Of a DNA stretch of 64,000 bases, positions 56,639-64,000 are shown piece by piece. Within the stretch, counting starts at the first letter, position 1. Every line of letters begins with the position of its first letter. The translations under genes were made by a program, and so were the position numbers. The stretch is from an uncultured Methanosarcinales archaeon (GTDB lineage: Archaea > Nanobdellota > Nanobdellia > Woesearchaeales > ARS49), in NCBI GenBank assembly GCA_964637115.1, contig CAZWVL010000008.1:6932-70931 (forward strand). The letters run 5' to 3'. The notes beneath the pieces were generated by a model. The model saw nothing but the letters and a program-made list of their open reading frames with translations, had not been told where the DNA came from and searched no databases.

Positions 56639-58300
56639 CTATTTTTGAAACAATTCCTCAACCAATTCAACATACATCGCAGCGCTCCAAGCCTGTGCAA
56701 GACAACCTTGCGACTTGAATTCAGCAGCGCTGCTAAGTTCTGCATGATGGCCTGTAGTGCCCTCATACAAAATTTCTTTCGTGCTTGTTTTCAAAATGTG
56801 CTGAATATAATCTTTATACTTCTTCTTGTCAAATGCAAACAGGACAATGGCAGCCAGATTGTTTATCCAGAACCAGCTGTCGCCGGAATGATAGCTCTTT
56901 GGGTTTTCGCCGGTATGCTGGCTTACAAAGGAAGGATTGCCTGTTTCTATTGTTGCCAATCCGCCCCAGTCAAGCCACAATTTAGGCAAGACATAATCAA
57001 AACAATGAATCCATTCTCTCTTTGACAAAAGTTCAGGATAAGCATATGCGGCAATGAAAATGTTCGGCCTTATCGTGTCGTCATTTGCGCCGTCAGACAA
57101 ATGGTCGTTTTTCCAGAAAGATTCCTTCACGCGATGCTTAAGCTTCTGCTCCAATGGATGCTCAGACTTAAGAACTCGATATAATCTGCAAGCGGCCAAT
57201 GTCAAAGCCTGAATTTCAATCCTTGCACCTGGACGGTCAATACTGTCCATCCAAGTTTCACGAGCGCCATTCACCACAAGACCGTCTTTCAGATTTAATT
57301 CGTGCAGATAAGACTCGAGCTTTCTTTTCAGCCATTCTTTTTCCTGCTTTTTCAGTTCAGGCAGATAATCCTCAAAACGCAGGAAAAGCCAGCCGGCATC
57401 TGCAATAGTTGATGTTAACGTGCCTGGCAGTTTTCCTCCAGGCAACAATTTTTCCAACCATGAAAAGAGGATTACTTTTGCAAGGCTTTTTTGCTTTGAA
57501 TGCAATAATGCCTTTACAGAAACCAATTCGTCACGTGCCCAGCGCTGGTGAAACCAAGGCAGGCCGGCACAAAGGCCGTGATTCTCCCGCAAACAAGCAA
57601 GAGAATAACGCGCGCATTCTGCAGCAGTGCGCATCTCACCATTCTTGATATCACCGCCTACAATGCTGTCAGATGCGAACTCCTCTGCTTCCTTGGCAAG
57701 ACTCTTTTTTCTCGTCCACGAACTCTTTGCGAGCTGCAAAGCTTCCCTCTTTGTCTGAGAAAATGCAAGAACAAAACTGCCATGCGCCCTGCAGCCGCGC
57801 AACACCCACCGCGAAAAAGGGCGAGAATTGCGCGACTCGTCATAAGTGTAATGCTGCTCCTCCCATTTTTCCAGTTTTTCAAACTCGCAGCCATAGAAAG
57901 CAAGCCAGAAAGAATACTCGCTTCCAAAAGACTCACGAGCATCATTCTTCTTCTGAAAATGAACAAGCAACGCTTTATCTTCCATCAAAAATTCATAATT
58001 TCTGCCCCACTCACGATTATCATAGTTTAATTTGCAGTCGAACAAAATATCGGCCTTTTCTCCAAGTTCATAAAAGAAAACAGGCAGGTTCTTCGCGAAC
58101 CAAAAAGATTCCTGCAGCCCTTCACGATCACGAGCTACTTTCCACAGCTCGTTCAGAATCGCGCCAGGAGCGCCTTTCACGTCAATATGCGCGATTGTTT
58201 TGAACACGTCATTCTGGTGCCTGAAAAAAACTCCCTGATATCTGGATTTAATCCCGAACAATGCAAAACTGCCAGCGCAATTAGAGACGAGAAAACTCAT
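56639..58300 (-). CDS. Glycogen debranching enzyme (amylo-alpha-1,6-glucosidase, GDE_C)
   Basis: AGLPWF...WARD, TWMD...R.G..IEIQAL, IRPN, YH.G..W.W, GC.AQAWS. Confidence 0.88.
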   Translation of the reverse strand: MSFLVSNCAGSFALFGIKSRYQGVFFRHQNDVFKTIAHIDVKGAPGAILNELWKVARDREGLQESFWFAKNLPVFFYELGEKADILFDCKLNYDNREWGRNYEFLMEDKALLVHFQKKNDARESFGSEYSFWLAFYGCEFEKLEKWEEQHYTYDESRNSRPFSRWVLRGCRAHGSFVLAFSQTKREALQLAKSSWTRKKSLAKEAEEFASDSIVGGDIKNGEMRTAAECARYSLACLRENHGLCAGLPWFHQRWARDELVSVKALLHSKQKSLAKVILFSWLEKLLPGGKLPGTLTSTIADAGWLFLRFEDYLPELKKQEKEWLKRKLESYLHELNLKDGLVVNGARETWMDSIDRPGARIEIQALTLAACRLYRVLKSEHPLEQKLKHRVKESFWKNDHLSDGANDDTIRPNIFIAAYAYPELLSKREWIHCFDYVLPKLWLDWGGLATIETGNPSFVSQHTGENPKSYHSGDSWFWINNLAAIVLFAFDKKKYKDYIQHILKTSTKEILYEGTTGHHAELSSAAEFKSQGCLAQAWSAAMYVELVEELFQK

Positions 58301-59232
58301 ACTTCATCGCGGTAATACTTAGCCGCGTCCTCGGGAGAAACAGAATTAATTACAATGCCGGAAGCAAACTCAAAACCAGCCCAGATGGCAGAACGAGGAC
58401 AGATTTCAATATGGAAATGGAAATCCTCGCCCTTCGGGCCATATTGAACAAGCAAATTATAATCAAAATTGGACTCGTGCACTTTCAGAAGAGCTTTCCT
58501 AAGAATTTCTGCAAACGCTGAAAAATTCACATCTTCCATACGCGCTATGTGCTGCTTTGGAAAAATCCAGATTTCATAATTGAAACGGGAAGCATAAGGA
58601 GTAAAGGCAATGAAGTCGGCATTCTCAAAACATTTCCTGCCGCTGTTGCTTTCCGACCTGATTACAGAACAGTACGGACAGGAAAGGAACTTGCGCATTG
58701 CAGTTATTTTTGCTGCAATCTCGGGAGGCATGATTGCCGTAGCCATAATCTGGGAATGAGAATGAACTATGGATGTACCGCCAAGATAACCGTGATTCTT
58801 GAACACGCTAACGTACTTAATATTGGGTTTTTGTTCCAGCTCAACTATCCTTCGCGCATAGACATACAAGACCTCTTCAATCTCTTCAGCACTCAGCTGC
58901 GCCAGCTGTTTGTCATGTCTTGGAGATTCAACCAGAACTTCGTGATAGCCATACCCGCTTGCAGACGTGTAGAAACGATTGTCAGTCTTGGGAACAGAAC
59001 TTCCTTCAGCTTTCAAAGCAGGAAACTTGTTCTCAAACCATCTCAACTGCCAAGAACCGTTTTTAACTATTCTTCCAATCTCAGGAGGAGTGGAACTTTC
59101 GCTGCCAGGACAAAAATAGCAAACACCCTTCTGTTTTGTAACCGATTTCTGCAGTTCGTGAGGGCGCTGGGCTCTTGAAGAAGAAATAATCACCCAACGG
59201 TCCAATATGTAGTCCCTTCTCAATTCCCCCAT
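58297..59232 (-). CDS. galT: GalT-family hexose-1-phosphate nucleotidyltransferase
   Basis: ELR.D....WVI...RA.RP, C.FCPG.E, NKFPAL, GYHEV.VE, FKN.G..GGTS..HSHSQ. Confidence 0.88.
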   Translation of the reverse strand: MGELRRDYILDRWVIISSSRAQRPHELQKSVTKQKGVCYFCPGSESSTPPEIGRIVKNGSWQLRWFENKFPALKAEGSSVPKTDNRFYTSASGYGYHEVLVESPRHDKQLAQLSAEEIEEVLYVYARRIVELEQKPNIKYVSVFKNHGYLGGTSIVHSHSQIMATAIMPPEIAAKITAMRKFLSCPYCSVIRSESNSGRKCFENADFIAFTPYASRFNYEIWIFPKQHIARMEDVNFSAFAEILRKALLKVHESNFDYNLLVQYGPKGEDFHFHIEICPRSAIWAGFEFASGIVINSVSPEDAAKYYRDEV

Positions 59233-59353
59233 TAATACACCTCTTTCTGATTTTGTACAGCTAATCGCTATTTATAAAGATTTGCCTGACCTCCAAGAAG
59301 CCAGTATACGGATTACACAACCAAAAGATTTAAATACGAAACAAGCCAGAACT

Positions 59354-59656
59354 ATGGAAATGGAAAGAGGTGCAGTAAGTGGCGCCGTATTGGTGCTGGC
59401 ATTAGTAGGCATCGTTGGCGTGCTCGCTACTGTGGCCTTGATTGCTCGGCAACCTACAGGACTTGTCGCGCAAAATGAAGCAATATACGTAACCGAGGAT
59501 GCAAGAACGCTGGGAATAGCGTGCAGAAACTGGCAGCACCAAGTGTTCTTCCTCGGATACACGGGCAGTTACGCTGTGTTTTGCTGCACGGAAGATATGA
59601 CAGACCAGAACGAGTGCAGATATCCGCACAAAGTACTAATCACAAGAACATATTAG
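59354..59656 (+). CDS. Small membrane-anchored Cys protein (TM+TG family)
   Basis: TM helix then QPTGLVA; 4 Cys. Confidence 0.65.
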   Translation: MEMERGAVSGAVLVLALVGIVGVLATVALIARQPTGLVAQNEAIYVTEDARTLGIACRNWQHQVFFLGYTGSYAVFCCTEDMTDQNECRYPHKVLITRTY

Positions 59657-59679
59657 CGCAAAAGCGCAGGAGGTCAACA

Positions 59680-60090
59680 ATGGCAGATAAAAAAGAAGTG
59701 AGCATCTTACTTTTAGGCATCGTTGCAATACTCGCAATCGTCGGCCTAGTGTTATTATTTACCAGCCCGGCAGCAACCGGCAAGGCATTCGTGCCACCAC
59801 AATTGCCGCCAGGCATAGAAAGCCCGGCACCAGTCGGCTACCAAGCACAAGTCGGCGGGCAAGCAGGCCAAGCACGCGGCACACAGATTGGAAACGCAAT
59901 CATAATTGCACGCTTAGAGGGTTCAAACCTCCCAGTATGTCCAAACGGCAAAATCAGAACTCGTGAAATGGGCAACATACCATATGAAGCAATCCCAGGA
60001 CACGAATGCGACTGGTTCTACTGCCCGGCAATGTGGGAAACAACAGACCCATCCGCAACACCAGTCCTTGCCTGCGCCAAGAAAGTATGA
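59680..60090 (+). CDS. Membrane-anchored Cys protein (TM+TG family)
   Basis: GGAGG RBS; LGIVAILAIVGLVLLFT..AATG, with the helix identical to that of 12412-12915. Confidence 0.75.
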   Translation: MADKKEVSILLLGIVAILAIVGLVLLFTSPAATGKAFVPPQLPPGIESPAPVGYQAQVGGQAGQARGTQIGNAIIIARLEGSNLPVCPNGKIRTREMGNIPYEAIPGHECDWFYCPAMWETTDPSATPVLACAKKV

Positions 60091-60395
60091 ATGAGCAGAG
60101 CGTAGGGCTTATTATTTTCGCACTCACCGCACTCGGTGCGGTGTTTGCTTTTATTCTTGTATTTGGCGGACCTCCAGATACTACAGGAAATTTAGCAGGA
60201 TCGCAAAAAATAGGGACAAGCTGGTTCAAGTATAGAGATGCTTTCCAGGCCTGCATGGCGGGAACAAACTGCGAAGATGGACTGCCAGGAATACCAACAG
60301 GCGGATATGATCCTAGCTTGGAACTCTACCAGTGCAGATGCCAGACAAGCGACCCAACATTCGTCTTTTACAGAAGCGCATACGCACCGGGATGA
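60087..60395 (+). CDS. Small membrane-anchored Cys protein (TM+TG family)
   Basis: ATGA overlap; TM then DTTGNLA; C..C..CRC. Confidence 0.7.
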   Translation: MNEQSVGLIIFALTALGAVFAFILVFGGPPDTTGNLAGSQKIGTSWFKYRDAFQACMAGTNCEDGLPGIPTGGYDPSLELYQCRCQTSDPTFVFYRSAYAPG

Positions 60396-60649
60396 AACAT
60401 ATACTGCCTTACCTTATTATTTTAATTCTTTCAATGCTGGCAATAGTAATGGCAGATAAGCTGACAGGCAACATTGTCGTGAACGAAAAAGACCCGTGCA
60501 GAATGATACGCTGCAACGTGCAATTGTTCGGATTCATACAGCAGCCGGCAGAATGGATAGGCACAACACCGGACGGAATGGCAGTTTGTCATTGTCCTCA
60601 GGAATCAATGGATTACTTGTTTTACGTCAGTTTGCAGAGAAAATATTAG
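60392..60649 (+). CDS. Small membrane-anchored Cys protein (TM+TG family)
   Basis: ATGA overlap; TM then KLTGNIV; C..C..CHCP. Confidence 0.7.
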   Translation: MKHILPYLIILILSMLAIVMADKLTGNIVVNEKDPCRMIRCNVQLFGFIQQPAEWIGTTPDGMAVCHCPQESMDYLFYVSLQRKY

Positions 60650-60697
60650 TTTGACGCTTTGAAAGAACAATAATCTGAACCGTACGAAAAACTGATG

Positions 60698-61471
60698 TCA
60701 TTTGAAGGATTTGCTTCTTTTCCAGAAGTCTTCAAAATAAGCATTGAACGTATCTGTAACATCTTGATTTGTGATGAGCATTACCAACGGTTTCTTTGTT
60801 TGGATTCGTTCTTGTGTTTGGAGAAAGATGCCAGTTACATCTTTATAGCAGACAAACCCTGCAGGTGTTTTAATGTCTATTGGCATGTATCTCGCATCAC
60901 ATCCTTTGTAGCTATTCCTGTTTTTCAGAATTTCAGGGTCTGTGCCTTGATTGAATAATATCTTGCTTTTGATGCCTTTTTTAACTCTTTTAAGATGGTC
61001 TCTCTGCCAGTATAGGTGGAATCGTTCTTCTTGGACTGGATAGACGCCCCATGAATGATATTCGTCTCCTGCTTTTAGTTTGGTGTATTGGTATTCCCAT
61101 GCAGTTATGAAGCCTTTGAAACCTTCGAATAATTCCACACGACTCTCGACAGGTTTAGCTAATGGCTTGAGTTGTGGGAGCAATTTCTTGATTTTTTCTT
61201 TGTTCTCGTCAAGCTTGTTCTTTTTTTCTTCGATATAATCCAATAGTCTGTCTGGTTCGGCGGCTTGAAAATACTTTGTTTTTTCCTTGATAATGTATGC
61301 TGCCAGGCCTTTCTCGATAAGACCGTCCAGGATCCGGTAAATAATTGAATTCGCAACACCTGATTCTTTCACTATTGGTCCTGCTGTCGAAGATCCAAGC
61401 TTCAGGAGAGCCAGATATACTTTAGCTTCTCCTTCGGTCAACCCCGCTTCTGTGATTAGCATTGCATCCAT
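60698..61471 (-). CDS. TrmB-family transcriptional regulator
   Basis: GLTEGEAKVYLALL.LG...SIIY.IL..LIEKGL; F.AYFE.FW. Confidence 0.88.
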   Translation of the reverse strand: MDAMLITEAGLTEGEAKVYLALLKLGSSTAGPIVKESGVANSIIYRILDGLIEKGLAAYIIKEKTKYFQAAEPDRLLDYIEEKKNKLDENKEKIKKLLPQLKPLAKPVESRVELFEGFKGFITAWEYQYTKLKAGDEYHSWGVYPVQEERFHLYWQRDHLKRVKKGIKSKILFNQGTDPEILKNRNSYKGCDARYMPIDIKTPAGFVCYKDVTGIFLQTQERIQTKKPLVMLITNQDVTDTFNAYFEDFWKRSKSFK

Positions 61472-61512
61472 GTGTGCAAGTAATCTGCGTTGCTATATAA
61501 AGTTTTACATTA

Positions 61513-61529
61513 CACCACCAGTAGTGGTG
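61513..61529. promoter_or_regulatory. Palindrome between divergent TrmB and binding-protein genes (candidate operator)
   Basis: CACCAC-cagta-GTGGTG next to a TATATAAA box. Confidence 0.4.
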
Positions 61530-61569
61530 GGATAATATTGAAATAGTTTGATAGAATTGTTATAACTGT

Positions 61570-62730
61570 ATGAGAGTGAAAACAACGCATAATACTGGAA
61601 CAATACTTTTGGCAGCCATCTTGGTTTTCCTGCTTCAAGCCTGCGCAGTCCAAGACAAAACGATAGGGATTGGCGCAGTGCTTCCCCTGGTTGGTTTAGA
61701 AACTGAAGTCAAAGATGAAATGATAAGGGTCGGCGCAGTGCTTCCCTTGATTGGTTACGGAGCTGAGAATGGAGAAAATGCCCTAAAGGGGTATCAGCTA
61801 GCCGTCGAGGAGATCAACCAGAAAGGAGGATTGCTTGACAAAACGTTGGAATTGGTCGTGGCGGACCACGCAGGAGATAATACTGCTGAGGCATTAAGCG
61901 CGTATCGTTCATTAAAGGTTCATGATATTAACCTAATGCTGGGTCCAAATTATTCACCTTTGGGACAAGCGATGGCGCCTATTGCATGCGAAGAGAACAC
62001 CTTACTTATCTCGGCCGCGATAGGAATAAGGGGCTTTGTCGAAGAATGCGACTTGATATTCAACTTACGGCCTGTAGATTACCAAAACAGCGTGCTCTTG
62101 GGCGAAACCGTTGTGAAAAGCGGAGGCAAACGCATAGCAATACTTGGATCAGAGCAATCTTGGGAACGAGAACAAGCCGAAGGTGTAAAACAAGGAGTGG
62201 AACAGTCAAAAGGAAACATCGTAGCGTATATTATAGCTCAAAATGAACCAACTGATTTCCGCACAGAAGCAACAAAAATCATCCATGCCGAAGCAGATTC
62301 GGTAATATTTACCAATCATGGCTATATGCACTTGGCGGCAAAGAGGCTACGAGAACTAGGATCTACTGCAAAATTTTATGTTGTTATTCTTGATGAAACA
62401 AAAAAAGACGGAGCTCAGGGAGCATTTGAAAACACAGTAATAATAACAAGTCTCACGCCAACTCAGGAATTCATAGAAAAGTTTGAGTCGAAATACAATA
62501 AGAAACCCGACTTTCCCGCAGATAGCTCGTATGACGCATTAATGCTACTCGCTCAGGCCATTAGTAATACAAATAGTACTGATCCCCAAGTTTTGGCGAC
62601 ATACTTGACGAGTCTGAAACAGTATAAAGGAGCTTCCGGAAACTTAACTCTAACTGAGAATAGGGGCGTAACAAAAGACGCAACATTTCAGATAGTAAAA
62701 AACAATACCATAATCAGGTATGAACCATAA
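61570..62730 (+). CDS. Branched-chain amino acid ABC transporter substrate-binding lipoprotein (LivJ/K-like)
   Basis: Lipobox LLQAC; GAVLPL.G, G.QLAVEEIN..GG, DFRT..TKI, SYDA..LLA.A, GASG. Confidence 0.88.
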   Translation: MRVKTTHNTGTILLAAILVFLLQACAVQDKTIGIGAVLPLVGLETEVKDEMIRVGAVLPLIGYGAENGENALKGYQLAVEEINQKGGLLDKTLELVVADHAGDNTAEALSAYRSLKVHDINLMLGPNYSPLGQAMAPIACEENTLLISAAIGIRGFVEECDLIFNLRPVDYQNSVLLGETVVKSGGKRIAILGSEQSWEREQAEGVKQGVEQSKGNIVAYIIAQNEPTDFRTEATKIIHAEADSVIFTNHGYMHLAAKRLRELGSTAKFYVVILDETKKDGAQGAFENTVIITSLTPTQEFIEKFESKYNKKPDFPADSSYDALMLLAQAISNTNSTDPQVLATYLTSLKQYKGASGNLTLTENRGVTKDATFQIVKNNTIIRYEP

Positions 62731-62871
62731 TTGAATATGATTTGAATTATCACTAGGAAATACTTCAGTGTAAGATTATGACAGAAATCCCCCACCTTCT
62801 TGAACGATTTTCGGGAACACTTGACTGAACGTTACAAAATCTTTTTATTCTCCATGCAGTCTGACCGTCAT

Positions 62872-63525
62872 ATGCATCCATTACTACCTGAAAAATTAAA
62901 GGACATAATTGCCAAAGAAGGCATAACTACATTCAGGCCTGCGCAGGAGAAGGCGTTAAAGGCAGGACTTCTTGAGCACAAAAGTTTGCTGATTTGCACG
63001 CCAACAGCTTCAGGCAAGACATTAATTGCGGAAATGGCGGCGATGAAGAACATTTTGGAAGGAAGGGGCAAGGCAATCTATATTGTGCCATTGATTGCGC
63101 TTGCAAATGAAAAGTACAAGGAGTTTAAGAGAAAGTACGGACATTTATGCAAAATTGCGTTAAGCATCGGAGATTTGGATGGTTCAGACCCGTATCTTGT
63201 GGAATATGACTTCATCATCTGCACTGCAGAAAAACTAGATTCATTAATCAGACATCATTCGCCCTGGCTAAGCTTTGTTTCTCTCGTTGTCATTGACGAA
63301 ATCCACCTGATTAATGACGTTGAAAGAGGGCCGACATTGGAAATTTTAATTACGGTCATGAAACAAATTCTCAAGAACGTGCAAATTGTTGGACTAAGTG
63401 CAACAATTGGAAACCCGGATGAACTGGCAGACTGGCTTGGAGCAACCCTTGTAGAAGATAATTGGCGCCCAGTGCCGCTAAAAAAAGGAACGTTCTTCGG
63501 CGGAGAAATAGAGTTCATTGAATAA
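62872..63525 (+). CDS. Ski2-like helicase Hel308, N-terminal RecA domain only
   Basis: PAQ, PTASGKT, PL.ALA.EKY, TAEKLDSL, DEIH, GLSATIGN, WRPVPL; ends before motifs IV-VI. Confidence 0.85.
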   Translation: MHPLLPEKLKDIIAKEGITTFRPAQEKALKAGLLEHKSLLICTPTASGKTLIAEMAAMKNILEGRGKAIYIVPLIALANEKYKEFKRKYGHLCKIALSIGDLDGSDPYLVEYDFIICTAEKLDSLIRHHSPWLSFVSLVVIDEIHLINDVERGPTLEILITVMKQILKNVQIVGLSATIGNPDELADWLGATLVEDNWRPVPLKKGTFFGGEIEFIE

Positions 63526-64000
63526 AATTAAATATTGGAAAATTAAAAATTGAATACGCAAGACCCAACGTAAGAGCGGTAATCAAAAATCCAATCAAAA
63601 CACCTGCATAATCAAGCTCAAACAATTCTTTTCCTGCACGGAAAAACGTTGCAAAACCAAGAATGTAACCATAAGCTAACAACACTGCAGAAGCTCCACC
63701 ACCATACGGAACAAAAGTCAATGCGCCGGCAAAGAAAGTAGTAACAGCGGGAGCAACCATTGCCAACACCAACGCAGCAAGACCCTCATAATAACCGCCA
63801 TTACCATCAAGAACGTGCATCGCAACAGTGAAGAAAAACGCAGCGACAAGATGAACAACTATAAATCCCAGCACCCCAATGACAATGCCATACGAAAGCA
63901 TATTTGGAGGCATCCAAGTGCTCAAAAACTGCCAGGTGAAAAAAAGCAGCCCAGCAGTCTCAAACAAGGCAGCTGCAAACAAGTACACCAGAATTCTAGC
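63515..64000 (-). CDS. Multi-TM membrane protein (Yip1-like); 5' end probably outside the window
   Basis: Several hydrophobic helices; frame runs to the window edge. Confidence 0.55.
   Translation of the reverse strand, partial: ARILVYLFAAALFETAGLLFFTWQFLSTWMPPNMLSYGIVIGVLGFIVVHLVAAFFFTVAMHVLDGNGGYYEGLAALVLAMVAPAVTTFFAGALTFVPYGGGASAVLLAYGYILGFATFFRAGKELFELDYAGVLIGFLITALTLGLAYSIFNFPIFNFIQ

Noticed and set aside
56378-59178. Long + strand ORFs (215, 160, 176 and 209 aa)
   Set aside because: Antisense to the ArsR-like, debranching enzyme and GalT genes

Overview
Chromosomal segment of an archaeon, most likely a DPANN lineage such as Woesearchaeota. This is inferred from archaeal information genes (GINS, L44e, S27e, aIF2-alpha, Nop10, aIF1A, Dph2, Hel308) combined with bacterial-type sugar enzymes and GGAGG/GAGGTG ribosome-binding sites. 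The window carries a class II ribonucleotide reductase with a PduO adenosyltransferase, an oxidative-damage repair cluster (Ogg/Nth/Nudix), glycogen and glycolysis/pentose-phosphate genes, an 11-repeat Ig-like surface protein and many small secreted proteins. The main oddities are: (1) an AT-rich island at about 20.6-23.0 kb with the signature of integron gene cassettes (attC-like hairpin whose R'' box complements the cassette start) carrying AbiTii-like and NERD genes, with no integrase in the window; (2) an intact but apparently catalytically dead two-subunit transketolase fused to a DUF5752-like domain that recurs in two neighbouring genes; (3) a family of six membrane-anchored Cys-rich proteins, most with a TM+TG leader; (4) a bacterial-type signal peptidase II plus five lipobox proteins; (5) a dispersed double-hairpin element, one copy flanked by a 32-bp duplication of a gene start; (6) a Hel308 gene encoding only the first RecA domain. 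No rRNA, tRNA, CRISPR array or transposase was seen. All calls come from motif recognition by eye; no database searches were run.
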